Shown here: positions 12,422-23,990 of the stretch, in pieces
Numbering within the stretch: position 1 is the stretch's first letter
Layout: each line of letters starts with the position of its first letter
NCBI RefSeq assembly: GCF_006345805.1
Contig: NW_021833986.1
Span: 1 to 52,051, forward strand
Reading direction: 5' to 3'
Source: Octopus sinensis
Taxonomy: Eukaryota
Length of the DNA: 52,051 nt
Position numbers and translations under genes: made by a program
The notes under the pieces: generated by a model
Told to the model about the DNA's origin: nothing
What the model saw: the letters and a program-made list of their open reading frames with translations, nothing else
The model's database searches: none

Positions 12422-12651
12422 AAATCGGCGAGCTGGCAGAATCGTTAGCACGCCGGGCGAAATGATTAGCTGTATTTTGTCTGCCGCTACGTTCTGAATT
12501 CAAATTCCGCCGAGGTCGACTTTGCCTTTCATCCTTTCGGGGTCGATTAAATAAGTACCAGTTACGCACTGGGATCGATATAATCGTCTTAATCCGTTTG
12601 TCTGGCCTTCTTTGTCCTCTGTGTCTAGCCCCTTGTGGGCTTAAAGAAATA
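12422..12651 (+). mobile_element. SINE family D inserted in the left Merlin TIR
   Basis: Full D copy. ~22-bp imperfect TSD agaataaa.a.tt.atgggact at 12400-12421 and 12652-12673. The right TIR lacks the insertion. Confidence 0.92.
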
Positions 12652-12829
12652 AGAATAAAAACTTCATGGGACTTCGTCCATCTGTACCCGCGTGCAGGTG
12701 TGTGTATGTGTGGTGGGGGTGTTATAGTGCACAAGAAAAACATGTACGAAAATGTATTGATAAAAATTCTTTATATGCCATGTTTGCAATTCTCCACATA
12801 ATGATAGGAAAATCGGTATTAAATTCTGG

Positions 12830-13720
12830 TTCAGTGAATTTACGGAATTTACCGAACGCCGTCACCTTCGAGTGCAAAACGAAAGATTGCCCTAGAAATA
12901 CCACACTACAAGGGAAAGGATCAGGATCCACACTTATATTTATTCCCATTTAATTTACACCCTAGACGTAGGCGATCTAGAAGGGAATGCGGATACTCCA
13001 TATTTACATTTAAGGACACCTTACTGGAAAGCGTCCATCTTACGCCTTGGGAAGTTTTGTCTTTTCTGAACCACTTCCTCAATGCAGCCTGGTTGCACAA
13101 ATCAACAGAGGAAAACCTTGGATTATGCCGTAAATCCTCCGTAGATTGGCGGCCTTTCTGTTCGGAGGTCTGCCAGTTTTGGGTAGCAAACCACCAAAAT
13201 GTGATAGGAAGACCGGGAGTTGAAGTTGAAATTGACGAAACAGTTCTGGTCCGTCGGAAATACCAACGTGGCAGGATTGCGAAAACAGTTTGGCGTTTTG
13301 GCGGACTGGAACGGTTAACTAAAAAGACATTCATGGTTCCACTGTTAAACGAATGTGGTGAGGCCGACAGACAAGATGCTGGACTTGAACTGCTCTCATT
13401 AGCCGTTACATCAGGCAGGGCCAATAATCTATATCGACTGTTGGCGTGCATATAGTAACCTCAATATCCTGGACTATACGCACTATTTAGTGAACCATAG
13501 TCAGCACTTTGTTGATCCTGTTAACCCATCTGTTCACACTCAAAATATTGAGCGTTTATGGGGAAAACACAAAAAGGGCATTATTCGACCTGGATTGAGG
13601 CCTGAGTACCTGAAGCAGTACGCCTTTCGGTTCCTTTTCTTACGGGCTGTCTCACCACCAACCCAGCGACTTCATAAGTTTCTTTTGGAGACTGAAACAT
13701 TATATTCATGTTCATTGTGA
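12830..13720 (+). pseudogene. Merlin (IS1016/IS1595-like DDE) transposase pseudogene
   Basis: SSVDWRPFCSEVCQFW, VEVEIDETVLVRRKYQRGR..VWRFGGLER.TKKTFMVPL (13057-13455). After a frameshift: IYIDCWRAYSNL...VNHSQHFVDP..VHTQNIERLW. D, D and E motifs all present. Confidence 0.92.
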
Positions 13721-13968
13721 CACGGAAGACTATACACAAAAATCATTTATTTAGAATCTTTTGAAACACAGACAACACATTTATTTGCAATTAATAGAAA
13801 CAACACATCATACATTTATATAATACACGCCTAAAAAGCATATTCATTAATTATGTTATTTATTTTCTTTATTTTTCAATATTTAATGAGAAGAGAGAAT
13901 ATGTTGTTCCCCAAAACGCTAAAACTTTCATTCTAATACCCAGTCCTATCATTTATGTAAAGAATTGC

Positions 13969-14394
13969 GGATCTTTTCGGTTTGAACGGCAGTTTTTTAA
14001 AATAATTTCCACGTAACCAAACACTTTTAAACTTCGTATACTGGTAGAATGCGTTTATAAAACATCTTTTTCTCTTGGCTTTATTGAGAAAATTCTATAG
14101 TTTGTAACATATTTGTTGTTTTTTTCTTCAATTTCTGCAATTTCAACCAATCAATGTTGTCTATTGAGGTGAAAACATTCTGTGCCGTATGAATATGTTC
14201 TTCGTTTAAGAAACAGATTGGGTTTATTTACATTTGTGAAGAAAAAAAGATACCCTTCCCCCCACCGCTAACCCTAACTAACCCTAACCCTAAAACAGAT
14301 TGAAATGGAATAGATCGATACTAGGGTCATAATTATGGGTGACAGTTTCATATGACACCGCTAGAAAAAACTGCCGTTCAAACCGAAAAGATTC
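13969..14394. mobile_element. Merlin-like MITE copy 1 (inserted in the right Merlin TIR)
   Basis: TIR ggatcttttcggtttgaacggcagtttt / aaaactgccgttcaaaccgaaaagattc. 8-bp TSD agaattgc/aaaattgc. Internal (TAACCC)n-like tract at ~14268-14293. Confidence 0.88.
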
Positions 14395-15111
14395 AAAATT
14401 GCAAACATGGCATATAAAGAAAACTTAATTTCATAGAATTTTTATCAATTTATTTCAGTAAATATTTTTTTGCACACTACTACTCCCCCCACAGTCACAC
14501 CTTCACGCGGATACACATGGACGAAGTCCCGTGAAGTTTTTATTCTTTCTGTATGAAGAACACAAACACATTGAATATCGTATTTGCTTGTATCAGGACC
14601 GTTTACCTTTAAAGCGAGAAAGTAAATTCGACTTATACGACAGATATGTAAAACATATGTCTGTGTACTTTCTCTTTTCATTCGCACGCGCACACACAAA
14701 CACAGAAGCTGTTTACTTTCACTTTTAGAATAAGGAATGGGGTGGTGAATCAATTTTGGAGATTTTTCATAGAAAATTAGAAATTAATTTTGTTTCCATA
14801 TTCTTAATCTCCATATTTTACCCTGTAGATTGAAAAAAATATAATTCGAAACAAAGTTAAAATTTCCAAAAACTTTGTGTGGGTTGTAAAATTAAAAAAA
14901 TTTGAAAACATGGTTTTTGGCATATTCGGAATCTGCGTCATCGAAAACTTAGGAATCCGCTGAAAATATGTAAGTAAAAACTGATTTTTCCTTGCGGATG
15001 TAGTTGTAAACATTAACCAAAAATTCATTCCATTCCAAAGATGAGATTAACAGAGTGAAAAATGTTATAATCTTTAAAAAAGACTTTCATTATACAAAGC
15101 CAACAACAATG

Positions 15112-15698
15112 CAGGGCCGTCTTAGTAGAATTATAGAGCCATTGTTAATGCGCATAGCTTAGTATTTAGGGGTATTCGACTCAGGTGGTAAGTTCGATTC
15201 CCACCGGTGCGTTGTGTCCTTGTGCAAGACACTTTATTTCACGTTGCTTCACTCCACTCAAAACAATAGAATAAGTACTAGACTCACAAAGAATAAGTCC
15301 TGGAATCGATTTGTTCGACTACAGTCGATGCTCCAGCATGGCCGCACTCAAATGACTGAAAAAGTGAGCTGTACCTGTATTTCACTCGGCCAGTCACATC
15401 ACATTCTGCGTCACGCTGAATCTCCTTGAGAAATATGCTAATGGTACACGTGTCTGTACAGTGCTCAGCCACTTGCATTTTAATTAACGAACAGGCTGTT
15501 CCGTAGATCGGGTCAACTGGAATTCTTATCGTCACAACCGACGGAATGCCAGCTTTTGGTCTTTTTCTTTTATAGAGCCATGGGCAAATCAATGCATTAA
15601 GCGCTTTAGTATTTATTGACATCAAGCCACGGCATTCATAACTACGTGTCCCCCCCCTAGGCAACTGCCCAGTATGTCCATGTTTTAAGATGGCATTG
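15112..15698. mobile_element. Possible small non-autonomous TIR element interrupted by a SINE
   Basis: Degenerate termini cagggccgtcttag / ttaagatggcattg, with internal gggcaaa...gcaactgccc. Confidence 0.35.
15143..15569 (+). mobile_element. SINE head B + tail 1 with nested 3' fragment of family C (~15255-15362)
   Basis: 12-bp TSD ttatagagccat at 15131-15142 and 15570-15581. Contains gcgttgtgtccttgtgcaagacac core and a C-tail segment gaataagtcctgg...atggccgcactcaaatgactgaa. Confidence 0.88.
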
Positions 15699-16723
15699 TA
15701 CAAATATTAGACTAGTTTTCAAAGACACTCCTTCAAAATGGCAGCAGCCATAATAGTTCCTTTAACTTTGTAAAAACTAATAAGTCCTCAAGTTTGGTGG
15801 TTACAAACTAGATCCTCCTGAAATATGGGACGGTTGACTTCAGAAGTAGATGAAAAGGTGAAAAGTGGGAAATGGACAGAATGCTAAGAATTCTAGAAAT
15901 AAAAGGAAGATAGAAGTTGCATTAAGGAACTGGGGTTGATGGTTAAAGAAATATTTAACAAGATTTTGGAATGTGCTGAGAATACTTGAGAAACGCACTG
16001 CACTATCCAGATTATGAAGATGGTTTATAAGAACCAGTAAAGAGATAAGGGGCAGGTAAAAGTCAACCTATCCACGACACACTGGAAACTTTGTAAATAT
16101 AGAAGTATTAAATGAAGAACATTTGTTCCTTGTAGACGGCCTAAGTGAATGAGTGATCAAGGGGTTCGACCAGGCCATTTAAACAGGATTTCATGCAGAG
16201 CTGTATGCTTAAAAAGTTTGCTTTGCAACTGTGGTTTCAGGTTCAATTTTACTGTACAATACTTTATATAAACACGAAGACCGTACACCGTTCGCCTTAT
16301 CTATGTTCGACATGCAGTCCTTCCCTGAATAGCAAGTGATTTACTCACTGCCTACACTTTAGTAATGACAAACATATTACTGAAAAATGTGGCTGCAGTG
16401 ACACAAGAAGTACTTAAAAAGGTAGACTGTGACTAGGTTTACATAGATTTGTTCTCCAGAGAGCACAATGTGAGCACGTTGTTTAAGCTGCACCAAGAGC
16501 TGTTACTTTGCTAAGAAATCTATGTTTTTATCACCGATTTTCCACAGCAGTTTTAGAAGCGAGCAACAGGAGCGCGTTCACCTCAGGTAGTAACAATAAG
16601 CAACAGTAGATATCATAATGAAACGAAAATTATAGATGCAGAAGTGACATCGGTAATTTTAACGGGGCTACCGATTCATATATCCACACGAAGACTGTGG
16701 GCAAACAATGGGAATGTCAATTT

Positions 16724-16866
16724 AGGCGCAGGAGTGGCGGTGTGGTAAGTAGCTTGCTTAGCAACCACATGGTTCCGGGTTCAGTCCCACTGCGTAGCAC
16801 CTTGGGCAAGTGTCTACTATAGCCTCTGGTCGACCAAAGCCTTGTGCGTGGATTTGGTAGACCGTC

Positions 16867-16909
<43 letters not shown>

Positions 16910-17125
16910 TGTATATGTTTGTGTGTCTGTGTTTGTCCCCCTCCCAACATCGCTTGACAACCGACACTGGTGTGTTTATGTCCTCGTCTCTTAGCGGTTC
17001 GGCAAAAGAAACCGATAGATCAATTACTAGGCTTACAAAGAATAAGTCCTGGGATCGATTTGCTCGACTAAAGGCGGTGCTCCAGCATGGCCGCAGTCAA
17101 ATGACTGAAGCAAAAAGGAAGAAAA
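16724..17125 (+). mobile_element. SINE family C with internal (TA)n
   Basis: ggcgcaggagtggcggtgtggtaag...gcaccttgggcaagtgtct (CORE-like)...(TA)n...ggcggtgctccagcatggccgcagtcaaatgactgaa. Confidence 0.92.
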
Positions 17126-17487
17126 GAATTTCATTCGAACGGTAACTTTAGAAGATAAAACCAACTGTGCTTTCATCTGCTTGAATTCAGATCATGTAAA
17201 AAAAAATTAATAATCGAAGTGATTTACCTAATAACATCTCCACGGGCGATAACATTAATATTGTCAGCCATATTTTACCTGAGATGCACTACGATATAAT
17301 TGACATAGAACTATCGATATTGCTTCTTGGACTCACCTTGGCAATGAAGATAATCTACACAGACATGGCATTAAGAAAAGCAACCTGGGAAGCTTAATCC
17401 ATAAGAGGAATTTCAGTCTGAATTATAAGACGTACAAATCTGACCGCTGTACTAATAGTTCTCAAAAATTCGTTTTGTATAATCGAA

Positions 17488-18040
17488 GGCAGTAAGCTGG
17501 CAGAATCGTTAGCACGCCGGGCGATTTGCTTAGCGGTATTTCATCTGCCGTTACGTTCTAAGTTCAAATTCCGACGAGGACAATTTACCCTTTCATCCTT
17601 TCGGGGTCGATAAATTAAGTACCAGTTACGCACTGGAGTCGATGTAATTGATTTAATCCCTTTGTCTTTCCTTGTTTGTCCCCTCTGTGTTTAGCCCCTT
17701 GTGGGTAGTAAAGAAATAGGTATTTCGTCTGCCGCAACGTTCTTAGTTCAAATTGCCTTTCATCCTTTCGGGGTCGATTATATAAGTACCAGTTACAAAC
17801 TGAGGTCGATATAATGCACTTAATCCGTTTATCTGTCCTTGTTTGTCCCTTCTGTGTTTAGTCCCTTGTGGGTAGTAAAGAAATAGGTATTTCGTCTGCC
17901 GTTACGTTCTGAGTTCAAATTCCGCCGTCGTCGACTTTGCCTTTCATCCTTTCGGGGTCGATAAAATAAGTACCAGTTGCGTACTGGGGTCGTTCTAATC
18001 GACTGTTCACCTACCCAAAAATGTCGGGCCTGTGCCTAAA
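17488..18040 (+). mobile_element. Tandem trimer of SINE family D
   Basis: Head only in unit 1 (17488-17718). Units 2 (17719-17885) and 3 restart at ggtatttcgtctgccg directly after gtagtaaagaaata. Confidence 0.9.
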
Positions 18041-19524
18041 AATTGTTTGCGCCATTTGTTTCTGGCTTTACGCCTTACGTTCAAATGCCGCCAAGGTAAA
18101 CTTGGCTGTTCATCCCCTGAAGATTGATAAAATAATTACCAGTTGAGCACTCGAATCGATGAAATAAACTTACCACTAGAATTGCTTTGATGCCTTTGTA
18201 TCAAAAATTTAAGCCATTATTTCTTTTGTATCTCTTTGATTATGTGGAAATAAGTCTTTTGGAAAAGTTTTAGATATTATTTGACCGAATATGCAATTTT
18301 TAATGATCATATAACTACAGACTGGCTTTGCCTTTTTGTACTAATACAGTATATTTCTGTAACACGATTATTCTTCGCTTCAAATACTCCGCATTCTCTC
18401 ATCTCTCTTCATTGATTCTTTTGCTCGCATATTTTTTCATTAAAAATGTCTTTTATCTTTGTGAGCAATTAATTTATTGAACACCTCACTTTACTGCGCT
18501 TAACCTGTTCAGCGGTTTCCATGTTTTAATTTAACGTTCTTGTTTTTCCATGTTGATGAGTTTTCTGTCCAGTTCTTCTATTTCAATCTTTGCATTCACT
18601 TGAAGGACAGCTAAATTACAATGGGAAGACATCTAAGCCATAGAATAAAGCATTTACGGTCAGTGGCCCTCGGCAAATGTTAAAATTATCTGCTAGGGGC
18701 CATTGACCTTTTGTGCATCTTAAAGCCGAAATAACAATAAAGGCTACAGGAAAAAATATATATATATAAATTAAATATTTTAACAATAAAAATAGCACAA
18801 ACTACATTGACATACAAAGGAGTGCTTTACACAAGACTGTTGTTGTAAACTACTCATTAAAAACGTCTGAATGATAAAATTATATGGTATCTGTTCAAAT
18901 ATTTCTTATGAAAGTTTAGAAGTGCTTTAATTATTTTATTTCCTCGGTGTTTATTCTTGCTTTCCATTCTATAATGAAGTTATAGTTTTAATCTTCTTCC
19001 ATTCTGTATTCCAGTTTCCATTTTAATTACTAATCTTTAAGTTGTTGCAACACACAGCTGCGAAGACAATGTTACTTTCATTCCATTACTAACTTAGATT
19101 TCGGAATTATTTAAACTAATATCATTTTACCATGACTTAACTGACTTGGCCAAGATTTGTTTATTGAATTAACAGTAATCTACATTCCACCACAGAATTG
19201 AATGTCTTTATCGATTTTTAGTCTCCTGCAGTAAAATTTATTTTCTTTACACTCTAAATGTGTTTCATTTTCATGGACAACCCGATACTATGTTTTAAGA
19301 GTTTGCTATTTCTAACAATTAAATATCGTTTATTGTTAATAGTTGGCTTCTCTATTAATATTGCTGCTGACTATCCCACGGCATGTGATATAAATAGGAT
19401 TTAATCATGGTCTTCTTTCCAGCTGAATTCTGATCTACTAGATAACAGATCAAAGACAGTCTCTCTATGACCATCCCATCTTTTGTTGTGTATCTAATAC
19501 TCGCAAAGACACAGTATATTTTAA

Positions 19525-19950
19525 GGATCTTCTCGGTTTGAACGGCAGTTTTTAACATAATTTCTGGGTAACTAAAATATTTTCAACTTCGTATACTGGT
19601 AGAATGTGTTTATAAAACATCTTTTCTCTTGGCTTTATTGAGAAAATTCTATAGTTTGTAAGATATTTATTGTTTTTTTCTTCAATTTCTGCAATTTCAA
19701 CCAATCACTGACGTCCATTTAGGTAAACAACATTCTGTGCCGTATGAATATGTCCCTCGTTTAAGAAACAGATTGGGTTTATTTACATTTCTGAAGAAAA
19801 AAAGATACCCTTTCCTCCCAATTCTAACCCTAACCAACCCTAACCCCAAAACAGATTGAAATGCAATAGATCGATACTAGGGTCATAATTATGGGTGACA
19901 ATTTCATATGACACCGCTAGTAAAAACTGCCGTTGAAACCGAAAAGATCC
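19525..19950. mobile_element. Merlin-like MITE copy 2
   Basis: TIR ggatcttctcggtttgaacggcagtttt / aaaactgccgttgaaaccgaaaagatcc. Perfect 8-bp TSD tattttaa (19517-19524, 19951-19958). (TAACCC)n-like tract at ~19824-19846. Highly similar to 13969-14394. Confidence 0.92.
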
Positions 19951-21045
19951 TATTTTAAACCTCTTTAAGGAGATCAGGTGTAATTTACAGAAGGTATGTT
20001 TGCTACTGCTACCAGGTTAAGGAAACATTCAGAGATTCACTCGTTAGATTACAATAATATCTGGTGATGGATCTTACTGCTGACATTGATGAATGGAAAC
20101 TTCGTATTATATTTGATATAATAAGAGATGCAAATTGAAAGATATTAAAATATCACACTACCATATTAAAAATACACCGATTTGTTGACAAACATCTCAG
20201 AGCTTATTGCTCAAATCCACAAGACGTAACTGCTTTTGGCGTAGTGAATTAATCCATAAATAAATACTAAAATAACAGAATTCCACGAAGAGAGTGAAGT
20301 TCTGGATCGGAAGATGGGAATAAAAATTGTTCTAATTATGGAATAAATTACTTTCCGTGAAAACGAGCTCTAACTTTTCGGAAAAAAAAATCTTCTCCAT
20401 TTTTCATTTCTCCAACGATATTTTTCGCCATAAACGAAAAGATTTGTTTCATCTTCGCGATAGAAAACTTTTCCAGCTGATTTTGTTATATGCACAAAGA
20501 GCAACTGTAATCAAAATGAATTCTTAAATGAAAACGAAGCATCCGACAGGTGTTTCTCTAAAATTAAATCATGTGGTCCTGAATATTCCTGAAGAATCTT
20601 GCATTTTGCAACTGGAGTTTTGACAACAATGGTAATCTATTGTTAATTTTAGACTCGATTTGACTAGATTCCTAACGAAAATAACCGAAAGGAATGGGGT
20701 TTCCTTGGTATTATGTTTCCTAGTAAAATACAGGTTTCGTGCACTCTCCTGTCGTAGACGATACATAGGTGTTTCACAAATTCTTGATGCACAACCTGGA
20801 CAGATGGTTTGTTATAATGAAGAAATGTGTGGTCAGTATATTATGTCAAACATCAAACCTATAATGCATGTACAGGTTCGCGCTGTGCCCCACATCAGAT
20901 GTGGAAGGGCTCAAGAACATATCGCATAGCCTGGTCCAAGAATGGTAACCACGGCCTTGCGATCGTAATTGAAACAGTTTAACTGCTAGGCCACGCGCCC
21001 TCACAAAATTTATCCATTACATTTAACAATATTAACTACATTTAA

Positions 21046-21264
21046 GGCAGAAACGTTAGCGCACCGGGCGAAATGCGTAGCCGTATTTCGTCTGCCGTTA
21101 CGTTCTGAGTTCAAATTCCGCCGGGGTCGACTTTGCCTTTCATCCTTTCGGGGTCGATAAATTAAGTACCAGTTACACACTGGGGGCGATATAATCGACT
21201 TAATCTGTTTGTCTGTCCTTGTTTGTCCCCTCTGTGTTTAGACTCTTGTGGGTAGTAAAGAAAT
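21046..21264 (+). mobile_element. SINE family D
   Basis: D consensus match. Imperfect flanking repeat aatattaa(c/t)tacattt. Confidence 0.9.
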
Positions 21265-21284
21265 TAATATTAATTACATTTTCA

Positions 21285-21665
21285 AGGGCGCGAGCTGGCA
21301 GAATCGCTAGCTCCCCGAATAAAATGCTTAGCAACATTTAGTCCGTCTTTACGTTCTGAGTTCAAATTCCGCCGAGGTCGACGATTCCTTTCATATTTTT
21401 GGGGTTCGTGAAATAAGTACCAGCTTATCACTGGGGTCGATGTAATTGACTTACTCCCACCATCGAACACAGTGTCCTTGAGCTAGAAATTGAAACCAAA
21501 TATAACTGTATTTTCAAGGCGACTAACAGGCAGAATCATCCGCCTATATGTTCTGATTTCAAATACTGCTGCGGTCCACTTTGCCTTTCATCCTTTTGGG
21601 GTCGTAAAAATCAGTAACTCTGGGGTCGAACTTGCTAGCCTTGATCCAAAATTCGAAACCAGAAT
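21285..21665 (+). mobile_element. Two older, diverged family-D units in tandem
   Basis: ttttcaagggcgcgagctggcagaatcg... at ~21280 and ttttcaaggcgac...ggcagaatc at ~21511, each with a gtcgac/gcctttca/ggggtcg core. Confidence 0.75.
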
Positions 21666-21739
21666 TACTACACCGCCATGCCCTCCCCGATATCTATTCG
21701 ATCATTACAGTTAATAATGTTAACTATATTTTCAAGGTG

Positions 21740-22000
21740 TGGGAAGCGCGTGGCTGAGTGGTTAGGGTGTCAGCACTATGATCGTAAGATTGAGGTTTCG
21801 ATTCCTGGACCGGGCGACGCGTTGTGTTCTTGAGCAAAACACTTCATTTCACATTGCTCCAGTCCACTCAGCTGGCAAAAATGAGTAACGCTGCGATGGA
21901 CTGGCGTCCCGTGCAGCTGGGTAACACATACGCCATTGAAACCGGGAAACCGGGCCCATGAGCCTGGTTAGGCTTTAAAAGGGCGAATTTATTTATTATT
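21740..22000 (+). mobile_element. SINE head B + tail 2 with 15-bp TSD
   Basis: tatattttcaaggtg at 21725-21739 and 22001-22015. Tail ctgcgatggactggcgtcccgt...aaaagggcg. Confidence 0.92.
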
Positions 22001-22011
22001 TATATTTTCAA

Positions 22012-22215
22012 GGTGGCGAACTGGTAGAATCGTTAGGACTGTGAATAAAATGTTAAGCAGCATTTCGTCTATCTTTAAGCTCTCAGTTTATATTTACTGC
22101 CGAGGTCGACTTTGATTTATTTCGGGGTCGAGGAAATAAGTACCTTTTGAATATTGGGGTCGATGTAATCGTCTAACACGCTAGAAATTTCTGGCGTTGA
22201 CCCAAAATTTAAAAC
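22012..22215 (+). mobile_element. Diverged SINE family D unit
   Basis: ggtggcgaactggtagaatcgttag...gccgaggtcgactttg...ggggtcgatgtaatc. Confidence 0.7.
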
Positions 22216-22237
22216 CAATAGTAAGTATATTTTCACA

Positions 22238-22680
22238 AGGCGCAGGAGTGGCTGTGTGGTAAGTAGCTTGCTAACCAACCATATGATTCCGGGTTCAGTC
22301 CCACTGCGTGGCATCTTGGGCAAGTATCTTCTGCTATAGCCCCGGGCCGACCAATGCCTAGTGAGTGGATTTGATAGACGGAAACTGAAAGAAGCCTGTC
22401 GTATATATGTATATGTATGTATATATATGTATGTGTGTGTGTGTGTTTGTGTGTATGTGTTTGTGTGTCTGTGTTTGTCCCCCTAGCATTGCTTGACAAC
22501 CGATGCTGGTGTGTTTACGTCCCCGTCACTTAGCGGTTCGGCAAAACAGACCGATAGAATAAGTACTGGGCTTACAAAGAATAAGTCCCGGGGTCGATTT
22601 GCTCGACTAAAGGCGGTGCTCCAGCATGGCCGCAGTCAAATGACTGAAACAACTAAAAGAGTAAAAGAGTAAAAAGAGTA
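22238..22680 (+). mobile_element. SINE family C, full length
   Basis: Complete head, CORE-like segment, internal (TA/TG)n and (GAGTAAAA)n tail. Confidence 0.94.
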
Positions 22681-22868
22681 AGTTATTTGCAATAAACGTT
22701 AGGTTACAATTGAGTGTTATCTGCTAGACAATGTCATCGTAACCGGGATTAATGTACCACATCCGATTAAAGTCCACAATAAGTACTAAGAACAGGTTTG
22801 AAAATCTGTGTAAGCTTCACAAGTATTTCCAATATATTCTTTTTAATTTTCTAACATTCGTTCTTATA

Positions 22869-23773
22869 TTGGGTTGTCCGGAAAGTTCGTGCCGAATTAT
22901 AGTAGCTTATATTTCGACTTATTTTAAAACATGGTTGAGTCCGTAAAATAGGATTTGACAACACCTCCATTTAGAGCACAGTTTAAGCTATCTTTTCGTG
23001 TAAGAATATTTATGCTCCTATAACCTGTGTTAATTCTGTAACCCTTAAAAATGGAAGATAAGAAAGTTCATTTTAGGCACTTGATGCTTTGGGATCCAGA
23101 CAAAAATTGCTGCAGCTCGGCCGGGATGTGTTACCCCACCCTCCATATTCACCAGATATTGCTCTTTCGGATTTCCACTTATTCAGGTCTCTGCAGAATA
23201 GTCTTAATGGTAAAAATTTCAATTCCTTGGATAACGTAAAAAGATACCTCGATGAATTCTTTGCCATGAAACCACCTGGATTCTGGGAAGAGGGTATTTT
23301 CGAGTTAAAGGAAAGATGGAGACGCATTGTGCAACAAAATGTTTCATATCTGGTTGATTCGTGAGGGCGCGTGGCTTAGTGGTTAGGGCATTCGGCTCAT
23401 GATCGTAAGGTTGTGAGTTCGATTCCCGGCGACGCGTTGTGTCCTTGAGCAAGACACTTTATTTCACGTTGCTCCAGTCCACTCAGCTGGCAAAAATGAG
23501 TTGTACTTGTATTTCAAAGGGTCAGCCTTGTCACTCTCTGTGTCACGCTGATTATCCCCGAGAACTACGGTAAGGGTACACGTGACTGTGGAATGCTCAG
23601 CCATTTGCACGTTAATTTCACGAGCAAGCTGTTCCGTTGATCGTATCAGCTGGGACCCTCGTCGTCGTAACCGGCGGAGTCTTTTTAATCTGGTGATTAA
23701 AAATGTAATGACAAGTATTTATTGGGCTTTTTCTTTCCTTTAAAAATCGGCACGAACTTTCCGGACAACCCAA
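22869..23773 (+). mobile_element. Internally deleted mariner transposon
   Basis: TIR ttgggttgtccggaaagttcgtgccga / tcggcacgaactttccggacaacccaa flanked by TA. N-terminus MEDKKVHFRHLML (23051) is fused to the C-terminus RQKLLQLGRDVLPHPPYSPDIALSDFHLFRSLQN...WRRIVQQNVSYLVD. Confidence 0.95.
23360..23687 (+). mobile_element. SINE head B + tail 1 inserted at the mariner stop codon
   Basis: TSD atctgg(t)tgatt at 23348-23359 and 23688-23698. Well-preserved head ggcgcgtggcttagtggttagggcattcggctcatgatcgtaaggttgtgagttcgattccc. Confidence 0.94.
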
Positions 23774-23867
23774 TATTTATATCGCGTCTTCAGTCTCGTG
23801 GATCACACCCTTTATTGAAAATTATTAATTCTTCTACATTTTCATTTCGTGATATTGCAAATTTTAC

Positions 23868-23990
23868 AACCACAGTAACAACAACAACAACAACAACAAC
23901 TACTACTAATACTAATACTGCTTCTACTACTACTACTAATACTAGTACTACTACTTCTACCGTTACTGCTACCACTGCTGCTGCTGCTGT
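23868..23990. repeat. Compound trinucleotide repeat (ACA)n(ACT)n(GCT)n
   Basis: Direct inspection. Confidence 0.9.

Larger units (their letters stand above)
11874..15018 (+). mobile_element. Full-length (non-functional) Merlin DNA transposon with very long TIRs
   Basis: Termini ggttgatatttacaa / ttgtaaacattaacc (5'-GG). Flanking 8-mers aaagattc (11866-11873) and aaaaattc (15019-15026). Arms ~11874-12822 and ~13932-15018 are diverged inverted copies. Merlin transposase lies between them. Confidence 0.85.

Noticed and set aside
12830-13720. Bacterial IS1595 contamination or recent horizontal transfer
   Set aside because: The element is embedded in host repeats, carries host SINE insertions and has long TIRs. 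It fits eukaryotic Merlin.
14268-14293. True telomere or chromosome-fusion site
   Set aside because: Only 3-4 imperfect units, present at the same position in both copies of a MITE.
15830-16700. Possible LINE-derived coding remnants (also 20560-21000, 48660-49150)
   Set aside because: Composition suggests old retroelement debris, but no diagnostic motif could be read in any frame.
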